This document shows positions 1 to 13,209 of a stretch of DNA of 64,000 bases, piece by piece. The stretch is from assembly GCF_006345805.1 (NCBI RefSeq), contig NC_043007.1, positions 37,076,001 to 37,140,000 of the forward strand, written 5' to 3'. Positions within the stretch are counted from its first letter, which is position 1; each line of letters begins with the position of its first letter. The notes beneath the pieces were generated by a model. The model was not told the origin of the DNA, did no database searches, and was given only the letters and a program-made list of their open reading frames with translations. The position numbers and the translations under genes were made by a program. This DNA comes from Octopus sinensis (taxonomy: Eukaryota).

Positions 1-132
1 TTAATAGTAAATTAAATTCCCTACATAATAAATTTGACTGGCATGCAAGACTGTCCCAGTTTCAAAAAATTCATATATATATATATATATATATAATATA
101 TATATATTATATATATATATAATATATATATA

Positions 133-519
133 TAGAGGAAAAGCACTCCGTCGGTTACGACGACGAGGGTTCCGGTTGATCCGATCAACGGAACACTTGC
201 TCATGAAATTAACGTGCAAGTGGCTGAGCACTCCACAGACACGTGTACCCTTAACGTAGTTCTCGGGATATTCAGCGTGACACAGAGAGTGAACAAGGCC
301 GGCCCTTTGAAATACAGGTACAACAGAAACAGGAAGTAAGAGTGAGAGAAAGTTGTGGTGAAAGAGTACAGCAGGGATCACCACCATCCCTGCCGAGCCT
401 CGTGGATCTTAGGTGTTTTCGCTCAATAAACACTCACAACGCCCGGTCTGGGGATCGAAACCGCGATCCTACGACCGCGAGCGCCCGCTGCTAACCACTG
501 GGCCATTGCTCCTCCACAA
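133..519 (-). mobile_element. tRNA-derived SINE, head H1 + tail T1 (octopus OR1-like, tentative)
   Basis: Minus strand reads tgtggaggagcaatggcccagtggttag (A box) ... ggtttcgatcccc (B box). Same head at 24495-24877 and 31143-31427; same tail at 4375-4694. Confidence 0.85.
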
Positions 520-520
520 T

Positions 521-564
<44 letters not shown>

Positions 565-694
565 AATCACCAAGACTTCATCAACAAGAACTTCTCCTAC
601 ACATTTGTTATTCAGAGTTTTTTTGTTTTCTTTTTTTTGCGACTTCTACATCTACATACATCTATATTCTCTCGCCGTCTGACTCTGCACTTAC

Positions 695-735
695 AGTAAG
701 GACCAAACGCAGTGCTCATTGCAGCCCAGATAATA
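695..735 (-). CDS. Candidate 41-nt internal exon (IIWAAMSTAFGPY or YYLGCNEHCVWSL frame)
   Basis: Minus strand: tatgtttctatatag acceptor and perfect gtaagt donor; two frames open. No homology recognised. Confidence 0.25.
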
Positions 736-923
736 CTATATAGAAACATATCTTCAGAATCCCTCCACAAGATTAGATATAATTTAGCATACTGTTAAAT
801 AAACAGGAGGCAGCATAAAAAAGTCACAAACTAAGATAAATTCCAAAATGATAACGTATGATCAAAATTAATATTCCGACATTAACGTCTATACCAATCA
901 TATTCGTCCTGCTTACCCTAGCG

Positions 924-1193
924 CAGTGATTCTCGACAGGGGTCTACACGACTCTTAAGGGTCCATATAAGATTTGGTTGCTAAAGTTTATGTGCAATAA
1001 ATTGTTATACTTCTATAATACACAAAATATCTTAACATTTTTTAAACATTTCTTTTTAATATTTAATTTTTAAAAATATATATAATAGGATTTTTTTTTT
1101 TTTTTTTTTTGGCATCAAATGGCTATAAGGGCCCATCTGAGTAAAATAGGAATCAAAGGGAGTCCATAAGCATAAAATGGTTGAGAACCACTG
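924..1193. mobile_element. hAT-type MITE
   Basis: TIRs cagtgattctc / gagaaccactg; internal sequence shared with 47901-48211. Confidence 0.75.
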
Positions 1194-1214
1194 CCCTGAA
1201 AAGACACCAGCACA

Positions 1215-1380
1215 TAGGCGTAGGAGTGGCTGCGTGGTAAGTAGCTTGCTTACGAACCACATGGTTCCGGGTTCAGTCCTACTGAGTGGCACCTTTGGCA
1301 AGTATCTTCTACTATAGCCTCGTGCCGACCAAAGCCTTGTGAATAGATTTGGTAGGCGGAAACTGAAAGAAGCCCGTCGT

Positions 1381-1412
<32 letters not shown>

Positions 1413-1645
1413 TATATGCGTGTGTGTGTGTACATGTTTGTGTGTCTGTATTTGTCCCCCAACATCGCTTGACAACCAGTGCTGGTGTGTTTACGTCCCC
1501 GTAACTTAACGGTTCGGCAAAAGAGACCGACAGAATAAGTACTAGGCTTACAAAGAATAAGTCCTGGGGTCGATTTGCTCGACTAAAGGCGATGCTCCAG
1601 CATGGCCACAGTCAAATGACTGAAACAAGTAAAAGAGTAAAAGAG
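1215..1645 (+). mobile_element. SINE family A (octopus OK-like, tentative)
   Basis: Head aggcgtaggagtggctgcgtggtaag...ggttccgggttcagtcc, central (TA)/(TG) spacer, tail ...gaaacaagtaaaagagtaaaagag; more than 10 copies in window. Confidence 0.85.
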
Positions 1646-2216
1646 TACATGCCAATATCACTTCATCCCGAAGCTAAGGCTGTGAAGCTCTAGAAACGTT
1701 GACGCAGGATTTAGGAAATTTACTGCAAGAAACTTCATATAAAAATGTATATCATTAAAGCTTGATAAAAAGATAAAACTAAAACACATTTGTGTATTTA
1801 ATGTGTCTAAAAGAATAGCTATTCCCTTGATATACAAATATAGTTGTGTGTGTGTGTGTGTGTGTGTTTGAATGTATTTATATATGAGTGTTCTATGGTT
1901 GTTTTTTAACTGTATTGTTTTTAATGTGCAAATTTAATAATAAGATTTGGCTATGATTTAAAACATATCCTCGTTTTTCATATACAAGAAGAACAAGAAC
2001 AATGTATTATAATGAAATGAAACAGTGGTTGGTAGGAGGGGGTAGGGTTGGTGTTGATGTTGTTGGCGGAGGTGGAGACGACGACGACGACGACGACGAC
2101 GACAATGATGGTGGTAGTGGTGGTGGTAATTGATGGCGGTCACGACAACGATCACGGTGGCAAAAATGGTAATGTTTGATGAAGATTGTGGTGGTGGAAA
2201 TTACGATTGCGATGAT

Positions 2217-2316
2217 NNNNNNNNNNNNNNNNNNNNNNNNNNNNNNNNNNNNNNNNNNNNNNNNNNNNNNNNNNNNNNNNNNNNNNNNNNNNNNNNNNNN
2301 NNNNNNNNNNNNNNNN
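2217..2316. other. Assembly gap (100 N)
   Basis: Run of exactly 100 N. Confidence 1.
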
Positions 2317-2607
2317 ACCTTTTTCGCGCCTGTTGATCGTCGTGGTTTGGACGACTGAGAATTCTTGGATTCGGTTTCGAATCTAGGCTTAGAGAAGGAA
2401 GTGCTCCCTTTGACCTGCGACCTCAGCCATGTCAAGCGAAGTTCAACTGGACAAGCGCTGACCTACTTTGGTACAAACTCTGCTGCAGTATGTCTGGTTT
2501 TTGGCAGAACAAAGCAAACCTTTTTTCGCGCCTGTTGATCGTCGTGGTTTGGACGACCGAGAATTCTTGGATTCGGTTTCGAATCTAGGCTTAGAGAAGG
2601 AAGTGCT
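2317..2607. repeat. 202-bp-period tandem duplication abutting the gap
   Basis: About 90 bp (ttttcgcgcctgttgatcg...ggaagtgct) repeated at offset 202 with one substitution. Confidence 0.85.
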
Positions 2608-2633
2608 AATTCTTACATATATATATATATATA

Positions 2634-2960
2634 TATATAGGTTGACTTTACCTTTCATCCTTTCGGGGTCGATTAAATAAGTACCAGTTACGCGCTGGGG
2701 TGGATATAATCGACTTAATCCGTTTGTCTGTCCTTGTTTGTCCTCTCTGTGTTTAGCTCGTTATGGGTAGTAAAGAAATAGGTATTTCGATGCCGTTACG
2801 TTCTGATTTCACAATGCGCCGAATTCGACTTTACCTTTCAACTTTTCTGAGTCGATTAAATAAGTACCAGTTATGCACTGGGGTCGACGTAATCGACTTA
2901 ATCCCTTTGTCTGTCCCTGTTTATCCCCTCTAGGTTTAGACCCCTGTAGGCAATATCTAT
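2634..2960 (+). mobile_element. SINE family C dimer (5'-truncated)
   Basis: Two copies of gactttacctttc...cggggtcgattaaataagtaccagtt...; joined at gtaaagaaata|ggtatttcg. Confidence 0.8.
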
Positions 2961-3233
2961 AGAGTAGATGAAACCATAGCGACTGAAGAAGGGGTTTTTT
3001 CTTTGTGTTAATTGTCCTGTACTCCATTTTTTTTTTTTTAATGTCCAGTTCCTTTGGTTTGTGTCTATGTTTTCGTTTCCCTTTGTGTTCGACGTCCCTT
3101 TGGTGTCCTGTACTCATATATGCGTGTATATATACATGTAGAGGTAGGTACGTACATATATGTTTATATATATGCATATGTTTTATTTTATTTATTAATA
3201 TATTATATGATAAAACGCACGCACCCCCTTAAG

Positions 3234-3902
<669 letters not shown>

Positions 3903-4374
3903 ATACACACACACACACACACACACGTATACATATGAGCAAGAAATTTTAGGTGTGCTTCGGGGCGAGGCGTATGTGTGTGCGCGCGCTCGTAATTGCA
4001 TCACGCAGCTTTAAAAGGATTTGTGTATATATGAGGCGAACTCATGCTGTATGTTGTTTAATCTAATTGAAGATACGACAGAATGAACAAACATTGGTTT
4101 CCATTAACTTAACGGATATAAAAGCAAATTACTTACACAAATTGGATTTTAAAAAAAGAATAACAGGCAGGAATTTTCTCTCCTGCTCTCTTTCTCTCTC
4201 GTTGTCTATCTGTTTGTTTATTTATCTGTCCATATATGCATGTGTGCACACACAGCCGTGTGTATACATACATGTGTATATGCATGAATATATGCATGCG
4301 TATGTAAGTACATGTATGTATGTCTATGTGTTCGTGTGTGTGTACATACCGTTATACGTATATATGCACACAGA

Positions 4375-4694
4375 GTGAGGGCGCGTGGCTTAGTGGTTAG
4401 GGCATTGGGCTCATGATCGTAAGGTTGTGAGTTCGATTCCCGGCGACGCGTTGTGTCCTTGAGCAAGACACTTTATTTCACGTTGCTCCAGTCCACTCAG
4501 CTGGCAAAAATGAGTTGTACTTGTATTTCAAAGGGTCAGCCTTGTCACTCTCTGTGTCACGCTGATTATCCCCGAGAACTACGTTAAGGGTACACGTGTC
4601 TGTGGAGTGCTCAGCCATTTGCACGTTAATTTCACGAGCAAGCTGTTCCGTTGATCGTATCAGCTGGGACCCTCGTCGTCGTAACCGGCGGAGT
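4375..4694 (+). mobile_element. tRNA-derived SINE, head H2 + tail T1
   Basis: gcgcgtggcttagtggttagg...gagttcgattccc head; 3' half matches tail of 133-519. Confidence 0.85.
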
Positions 4695-4750
4695 AAAGAA
4701 AAAATATATGCACACATATATGTATACATATGCATGTATATGATTGTGAT

Positions 4751-4807
<57 letters not shown>

Positions 4808-5287
4808 TGTGTGTGTACTCTTCTATCTTTTAATTATTTGAATTCTTCCTGTGAAGAAGGAGCTGGCTTCTAACAATGACAAAAAGTTCCATATTTTTGT
4901 CATTGTAGATGACAGAATCAATATTGCATGTTGAACTTGATAAAACTCTTACATATTTTTACTGTTCCTCTCACATGTTGCATTTGTAACGTCTGTGTTA
5001 ATTGGCTGATTTCTTTATATATATATGCACGTTTGAGCAGAATCGTTATTTCTTCAAGTTTCACTGGATTGTGTTTCTCTCACTTGTGAAACTTAAAGTA
5101 ATGCGATTCTAATTCGGATGCAAATAAATGAAAACCTAACGAAAGGTGTTCTCTGCATTTTCACTCGTTTGTATATATTTGTGTATGTGTATGTACGTAC
5201 GTATGTGTGTGTGTGAATGTGTGTGTGTGTGTATATAATTTGCTTTTAACTGTGGACAAGGCTACAAATAGTAGCATGTAAATAGTG

Positions 5288-5382
<95 letters not shown>

Positions 5383-5805
5383 TGAGATAGGGGTTGTGAG
5401 TGCAACCCACCATGAGATAACATATATCCAATATATTGCCAGTAAAGCACCCGACAAAGTTAATACATAAATGTTAAGAATTGCGATGCAATTAATTCAT
5501 TTATTGTGTTATATGGGCGAAGGTAAAATGTTTTACCACAAATTCACAATACAAAATAAGAAAATGGAGAAATACACCTTAATCAATAAATTCCAAGAAA
5601 GTTAGAGATTGTGAATCCAACCAACTAAGGGATAATATCTATCCAATATACTGCTGGTAGAATACCCAGCTGTTATTTCAAAGAAAAATGCGATGGAAAT
5701 TTTTGAATGATTTACGACAAACACAAATAGAAAATGAAGTTGTAGAAATATTCGCACATGCAATGCTTATCAAGAAGGAATTCAAATGAGAGATTACTTG
5801 TGTTA

Positions 5806-5907
5806 GCACATGCGCATAAACTGTAGTCCTGTCATGAACACATCACTCTGGCCGGAGACAATATAAAAGGGGTTACTGTATATCATTGCGCATGCGTTAC
5901 CGGAAGT
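5806..5907. promoter_or_regulatory. Candidate housekeeping-type promoter: NRF1-like and ETS-like motifs
   Basis: tgcgcatgcg (5887-5896) next to accggaagt (5899-5907); second gcacatgcgca at 5806; non-repetitive sequence. Confidence 0.4.
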
Positions 5908-5987
5908 CCATAATAAACATGTATTTCTTAAAATGATGTAGAAGATATATATATATATATGTGTGTGTGTGTTTAATTATTTTGTAG

Positions 5988-6406
5988 GTTCTTTTTTCCA
6001 TTCCTTGGAGAAAGGTCTGGCGGGGCATCGGCAGCCGGACACATTTGGCCAGACGCTAAAACAGAGCAAACGAGCCAAGAAACTCGCTTTGCCGGAGAAA
6101 CGCAATGATGTTAGAAAACTCCGAGTATCAGAAAGAACGAGCAGCGGCAGCAGCAGCAACAGCGGCAGCAGCAGCAGCAATAGCGGCAGCAGCAGCAGCA
6201 GCGGCAGCAGCGGCAGCAGCAGCGGCGGCGACAGCAGTAGTGGTGGCGGCAGCAGCAGTGTTGATAACAAGTATGAGAGCAATACAGCCAGTCATTTCAC
6301 GGATAGCAAAAGTAAGCAAGATAAAGTCAATACCGACAGGGGTTTTGTTGAGGCGCCTGTTAAAACAATTACAGAAGAGGCTAACGATGACCATGAGAAT
6401 GTTGAG
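5988..6406 (+). CDS. Internal exon A of an unrecognised protein with Ser/Gly tract
   Basis: ttttgtag acceptor, gag|gtatgc donor, open frame GSFFHSLEK...DHENVE; ends phase 0, compatible with the exon at 8433. Confidence 0.7.
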
Positions 6407-6491
6407 GTATGCTAATATTTCGTATTTCCATATCCTTCTATCCATCTCACTATTACCTTTTTGCTTATCCATTTGTTTCTTTATCTAACCC

Positions 6492-6790
6492 AAGAGTTCT
6501 CAACCATTTTTTTTACCTATGGACCCCTTTAATTACTATTTTATTCTGGCGGACCACCACAGTCATTCGATGTTTAAAAACAAGTTTTATAGAAGTTTCT
6601 TTCAAAATATCTATTTTGTTTTTCTCACATCAACTTGTATCGGTTGAACTGTGTAAAACGTTAGAGAAAGAAACCTAGCCATTTCTTGCAATACATACCA
6701 ATACAGACATCTAAAGCAAAATTATTTCAGGGCCCTTAAAACGATATTGTGGATCCTCAATTTACTATTTTGCTGCGTGGACCCCCTAAA
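6492..6790. mobile_element. Degraded hAT-type MITE
   Basis: gagttctcaaccatttt...ctatggacccc matches the terminus of 924-1193 and 47901-48211 in reverse. Confidence 0.5.
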
Positions 6791-7192
6791 AAGCGTTTTG
6801 AAACGTTTGAGGGAGAAATTTCGACGAAAGCCGAAATTTCGGATCTGTGGATCTCAAACAATTGGATTCTTCACAACGACAATGCACTCTGTCACCAAGC
6901 TCTGCTCACACGTGAGTTTCTTGGCAAATACAACATGGTATCTCTTCCGCACCGGCCCTATTCTCCAGGTTTAGTACCAGTGGACTTCCCTCTCTTCCCC
7001 AAGATGAAAGGGCAGCTCAAAGGTAAAGCCGTTTTAATACCGTTATTGAGATCCAGAGCGAATCGCAGAATGTCCTCGACTCGCTTACAGAAAACGACTT
7101 CCATGCAGGATTCCAAAAGTGGCAGGAACGTTGGAACCGGTGTATTGCTGCGCAAGGCGACTATTTGGAAGGAGATGATATTAAAACTTAGG
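6790..7192 (+). mobile_element. Mariner transposase remnant
   Basis: WILHNDNALCH...PHRPYSPGLVPVDFPLFPKMK and, after a frameshift, FQKWQERWNRCIAAQGDYLE. Confidence 0.9.
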
Positions 7193-7537
7193 TAGGCGCA
7201 GGAGTAGCTGTGTGGTAAATAGCTTGCTTACCAACCGTATGGTTCCGGGTTCAGTCCCACTGCGTGGCACCTTGAGCAACTATTTTCTGCTATAGCCTCG
7301 GGCCGACCGAAGCTTTGTGAGTGGATTTCGTATACGTGTGTGTGTGTGTTTGTCCCGCCACTATCGCTAGGCAACCGATGCTGGTGTGTTTACGTCCCTG
7401 TAACGTAGCAGTTCGACAAAAGTGAACGATAGAATAAGCACTAGGCTTACAAAGAATGAGTCCTGGGGGTTGACTTGTTCGACTAAAGGTGGTGCTCCAG
7501 CATGGCCGCAGTCAAATGACTGAAACAAATAAAAGAA
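7193..7537 (+). mobile_element. SINE family A (internally deleted)
   Basis: Same head and tail as 1215-1645. Confidence 0.8.
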
Positions 7538-7594
7538 AATAAGTAATTTTTTTATCAAGCATATCTAGTCCAAGAACCTTCTGAGACCACCTCA

Positions 7595-7915
7595 TAACTA
7601 CCTATTCATTTCCCTCTTAGTTTAACCTTTTATTCCATGGCCTATCATTTTCATTAATTATCTACCGTCTATCTACATATTCATTTGCTTCTCTATCTAC
7701 CCTTTTATTCATCGGCTTATTCTTTTTATTAACTATCTACCACCTATCTATCTACCTATTCATTCCTCTCTTTGTCTAACCCATCATTCATCGATCTCTC
7801 TCTTTAATTAACTGTTTGATACCTACCTGCCAACATATGTACTCACCTGCTCATCTTCCTCTTTATCAAGCTCTTTATTCACCCTGCCATCTTTATAATT
7901 AACTATTCTAACTCT
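7595..7915. repeat. Degenerate ~80-bp pyrimidine-rich minisatellite
   Basis: Recurrent ctacctattcatt...ttattcat...ttaattaactat blocks, about 4 units. Confidence 0.5.
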
Positions 7916-8432
7916 CTGTCTATTGGCGCAACAATGTTGTGTTTAAGAAGCTTATTTCAGTCACGTGGTTTGATTCCATTGTGCTGAAGCTTGGGCAAGT
8001 GCCAACTCCTATAGTTTCCAGTTGATCAGTAATTAATAACTCTTACTGGACTTTACAGTTCAATACTAGAATTGTTTTTTTTTAATTGTTATTTTTGTTG
8101 TTCCCATGCCGCTCCTAATTGAACAAACCCATGATCAAATGAGTATTCCAGCCTTGATACCCGTCCTTTTTCGAACGTAGTGTACCCTGAGACTACATTA
8201 TCCAAGGTGTTCTTTTTAAGATAGTATACTGTGGTTGGTTTGAAGATTTAGCTGTTATTTCAAAGTCGAACGACTTTTTCATTGGTTCTGAGTAATTCTG
8301 ACAAAGGGATTCGAACCCTCAGTTCTTTTCTCTCATACCCTCGAGCAGCTTTGTCTTTCATTGTGTTTGTATCCAGTCATGAATTTTGTTGAAACAGATT
8401 CAATTAACATTTGAACTATCATTTGCTGACAG

Positions 8433-9245
8433 GTTTCCACAGCTCAGCACCCAGTTGATAACAACCCTCGTGCACCAGATTTTAACGAGAACTCTGCCCT
8501 TGCGGAGGACGACTCAAAAGAAGACAATGAAAATTTCCAGTACGAAACCGACTTGCAAAGAACATCTGTCGGCGAGAAGAACTTCTCAAATGGCTTTCCA
8601 GTTCTACCGATTAAGAAAGAGAAACCCGTTAGAGTTGCACAACGTCCAGATCTTTCGGGAACACAGGATGAGGAACACATATCGATAAAACAGGAATTGC
8701 AGGATGACGATCAACTAGCAGACACGCAGATGGATTCAGAAAAGAACGCTTCCGTAGAATTGATCAAAATCCATAAATCGACTGGTATCTCCCCTCAGAA
8801 TAAGGAGACAGATCGAGAGGACAGAGACTGGGTTGGTGTTGGCCACGCAAAGCAGGTGGTAACATCTGCCAGTAAAACTGTTCCCCATAAATCCTCAAAA
8901 GAAATTCTTTCTTCAGTAAATGGTCAAAACTTAAAGGAAAGTCACAAGAAGGGCAAGGAAGTTGGTTTACCTCTTCAGTTGCCAATATATTCTCATCGCA
9001 GACTCGTTCCCAGAAGGACGAATCGTACCAAAGAGATTCTTTCAAGCAAAAACATCTCATTACAATCTGCAGCTAAGAACACAGCTAATATGGAAGACAA
9101 AGTCCACCGAACTCATCAGCAGATGTCTAAGGAACGTCGTTTGATAAGCCATCGACGTAAACCTGTAATGAACATTCCTAAAACAAAAGCGGCCGAAACC
9201 GTAACACAAATGGCTAGCAAGGATCAAGATAGCAACAACGACGAG
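8433..9245 (+). CDS. 813-bp internal exon B of the same unrecognised protein (S/K/D/E/Q-rich, likely disordered)
   Basis: ttgctgacag acceptor, gag|gtaag donor, 271 open codons VSTAQHPVDNN...DSNNDE, phase 0-0. Confidence 0.8.
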
Positions 9246-9270
9246 GTAAGAAAAAAAATCAATTAATGTT

Positions 9271-9673
9271 TACTCTTTACTCTTTACTCTTTTACTCTTT
9301 TACTTGTTTCAGTCATTTGACTGCGGCCATGCTGGAGCACCGCCTTTAGTCGAGCAAATCGACCCCAGGACTTATTCTTTGTAAGCCCAGTACTTATTCT
9401 ATCGGTCTCTTTTGCCGAACCGCTAAGTGACGGGGACGTAAACACACACCAGCATCGGTTGTCAAGCAATGCTAGGGGGACAAACACAGACACACAAACA
9501 CACATACATATATATGACAGGCTTCTTTCAGTTTCCGTCTACCAAATCCACTCACAAGGCATTGGTCGGCCCGGGGCTATAGCAGAAGACACTTGCCCAA
9601 GATGCCACGCAGTGGGATTGAACCCAGAACCATGTGGTTGGTTAGCAAGCTACTTACCACACTCCCGCGCCTA
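9271..9673 (-). mobile_element. SINE family A
   Basis: Reverse complement of family A, near full length. Confidence 0.85.
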
Positions 9674-9759
9674 TTTGTGCAATTTTATTTTCGTTAAGCT
9701 TTCAGTTTGATAAAGATTATTAAGTCTCTCGTAAAAAATGCTTTTACCCTAGTCTATGC

Positions 9760-10290
9760 AGAATCACTTAGATTTAAGAGGGGAAACATGATATTGTATT
9801 GGGAAAAATAGGGAACAAAGTCGGAACTGTAAGGAGGATGGAAGACAGTTTTGATGCTTATCTCTGTCAAATAGTTGATTACCAGGATGGAATTGTAGAC
9901 TGGTGTAATGTCCTGATGCAGGTGTTCTGACATTATACTATGAAGTATCTTCTTGAACTCCCTCAAAATTTCCACAAAGAACTTTTTTGTTGATCATTTG
10001 GCAAGAGAGAACCTACTAGATGTAAATGATGTCCTTGCTGTCGAAAAAGGAGATCATTATAAGCTTTTCGGTGGACTTGCTTTAACTGGCGTCATGTGCT
10101 AACTATAAATAGATGTTTGGCTCATGCCAGTTAACCCATAAGCAGTTTGGAGTATTTCATAAGTTTTACAGCATTTCTCCCAGTTTAATGCAAAACTTTA
10201 TTGTATAACAAGTTTTCAGACTGCCTTCACATCCCGACTGCATTCAGCAAACTAGTCACATGTGACAAGTAGTGTGTAGTAAGATGTCTT
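9760..10290 (-). mobile_element. Mariner transposase remnant
   Basis: LHQDITPVYNS...KTVFHPPYSSDFVP resembles the HQDNAP...HPPYSPDLAP motifs. Confidence 0.65.
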
Positions 10291-10464
10291 CAAAGTGCTG
10301 TTGCAGCCGTTTCCTTCAATCAAAACTTGGCAGGTCAGCTTATTAGATGTATTGTAATGATATACTAATATTACAATAATCTTAAGAGAGTTATAACTGC
10401 CACTACTAAAAAAAAAGTCTCAAAACTTCTGGAATGCACCTCATGTGTGTGTGTGTGTGTGTGT

Positions 10465-10710
10465 GTGGAGGCGCGTGGCTTAGTGGGTAGGGTATCAGCA
10501 TCATGATCGTAAGATTGTGGTTTCGATTCCTGGACCAGGCAATGTGTTGTGTTCTTGAGCAAAACACTTCATTTCACATTGCTCCAGTCCACTCAACCGG
10601 CAAAAATGAGTAAGACTGCGATGGACTGGCGTCCCGTCAAGCTACGGAACACATACGCCATTGAAACCGGGCCCATGAGCTTGGCTAGGCTTTAAAAGGG
10701 CGCATTTATT
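10465..10710 (+). mobile_element. tRNA-derived SINE, head H2 + tail T3
   Basis: Head as 4375; tail ctgcgatggactgg...acatacgcca..gaaaccggg resembles tail of 31143-31427. Confidence 0.75.
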
Positions 10711-10887
10711 ATTTTATATATATATATCAAAGTATACAGTATTATCGATACACAATAGCCGATCTTAACAGGTTTCGCACTGGATAATAAGTAACTGAGC
10801 AGTTGTGTAATACGTATGCTGATTAGCGATGGCAGGCAATGTAAAAAGTGGCGACTGCTCTGACTTATGGATTCTTAGAGGGCTCTG

Positions 10888-10935
<48 letters not shown>

Positions 10936-10959
10936 CAATACATACATACAGACAGATGG

Positions 10960-11335
<376 letters not shown>

Positions 11336-11474
11336 TGAATACTCGGGTATTCATATCTATTTATCTTTTGTATGATACATCTGTATTGTATATGGAGCGA
11401 TGTTGCCAAAAATGAAAGGATTATTATTAGCCTTATTATTCGACTTCACTCGGGTTTGGTCTTATTCCTGGTCG

Positions 11475-11509
<35 letters not shown>

Positions 11510-11990
11510 GAGTGAGAGAGCAGTGCATGCCATCAAAGTGACACTGGGGTAAAATATACGAAACCCAGTATACCCATCATGACTACCCGTCTGATAAAGG
11601 TACACTAGGCACATGCATCACAACCATATGTGCGCGACATGGTGATCTCATATCAAGTTAAACAGCACATGACCTTGTAGGTGGGGCCCAGTTAGAATTT
11701 TTTCTTCTGGTCGAGTTACCCATCCCGCTCAAAAGGTCTCTGAATAGGGGTTGTTTAAGGATGTTGAACAAAGCACTCGTGTTTCCAGAGGTGAATTATC
11801 CAAACTCCAAAGAATCCCTCTCAACACATAGCTATGATGCTCCCCCACTACTTCTGCTCGTGATCAGAGATGCACATATCGTCAGCCACTAAGGGACATG
11901 CTCAACTGGTTAAGGTCAAACAACTGATAAACAAATCTGTGGTATTGAGCAGAATATTTGCTGTAGCCCATCTTTTATACCAAGACAAAA
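11510..11990 (-). mobile_element. Family D: 5'-truncated non-LTR retroelement 3' end in (ATT)n
   Basis: Three copies share an identical left end gagtgagagagcagtgcatgcc, have variable right ends and are flanked by ATT repeats. Confidence 0.75.
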
Positions 11991-12007
11991 TTATTATTAT
12001 TATTATT

Positions 12008-12695
12008 AAAGGCGGCGAGCTGGCAGAAACGTTAGCACGCCGGGCGAAATGCGTAGCCGTATTTCATCTGCCGTTACGTTCTGAGTTCAAATTCCGCCGA
12101 GGTCGACTTTGCCTTTCATCCTTTCGAGGTCGATAAATTAAGTACCAGTTACGCACTGGAATCGATATAATCGACTTAAGCCGTTTGTCTGTCCTTGTTT
12201 ATCCTCCTTGTGTTTAGCCCCTTGTGGGTAGTAAAGAAATAGAAATAGGTATTTCGTCAGTCTTTACGTTCTGAGTTCAAATTCCGCTGAGGTCGACTTT
12301 GCTTTTCATCCTTTCGGGGTTGATAAATTAAGTACCAGTTGCGTACTGAGATCGATCTAATCGACTGGCCCCTCCCCCAAAACGTCGGATCTCGTGCCTA
12401 GAGTAGAAAAGATTATTATTATTATTATTATTATTATATTATTATTATTATTATATTATTATTATCATCATCATCATCATCATTATTATTATTAAAGCGG
12501 CGAGCTTGCAGAAACGTTAGCACGCCGGGCAAAATGGTTAGCGGTATTTCGTCAGTTCAAATTCCGCAGAGGTCGACTTTGCCTTTCATTTTTTCGGGGT
12601 CGTTATAATAAGCCCCAGTTGTGTACTGGGGTCGATGTAATCGACTAGTCCCCTTCCACCGAATTTCAGGTCTTGTGCCTTAGTAGAAAGGATTA
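12008..12695 (+). mobile_element. Cluster of three family C SINEs (octopus OR2-like, tentative)
   Basis: ggcggcgagctggcagaaacgttagc A box, gagttcaaattcc B box, conserved gcctttcatcctttcggggtcgataaa core. Confidence 0.85.
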
Positions 12696-12710
12696 TTATT
12701 ATTATTATTA

Positions 12711-12756
<46 letters not shown>

Positions 12757-12757
<1 letters not shown>

Positions 12758-13075
12758 TCGGATTCGTCTCCTTGGTGTTGTGGTTTCTCGACCGTCCAGT
12801 ATACGGTAGACACTTGGTTCGATTCCCGTAGATGATTCGGTCCATTTTCTGTTTTTAAGGATGGGGGAATTGACGGAGAATCACAAGAAAGTTGGAAGAA
12901 GTGCTGTGTGGCATTTATTCCTTGTCTTTACGTTTCGAGTTCTAATCCTGCCGTGGTCAACTTTACGTTCCATCCTTCCAAGATTGATAAGATAAAGTAC
13001 TGAGGTTTATTCAATCGACGAACCCTACTCAAAACATTTCTGGCCTTATACTAAGTTAGAAGCGATTATTATTAT
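12757..13075 (+). repeat. Direct repeat copy 1 with tRNA-Thr(AGT)-like head
   Basis: Near-identical to 14321-14635; accgt-ccagtat-acggt anticodon arm and ggttcgattccc B box. Confidence 0.8.
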
Positions 13076-13078
13076 TAA

Positions 13079-13209
<131 letters not shown>

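Noticed and set aside
2443-2680. ORFs beside the gap (LIM-like CSRVC on minus; FFAPVDRR on plus)
   Set aside because: Lie in a tandem unit with a stop in one copy and lack convincing splice sites.
12768-12835. Functional tRNA-Thr gene
   Set aside because: D arm and acceptor stem do not pair; treated as a tRNA-derived repeat. No intact tRNA gene was seen in the window.
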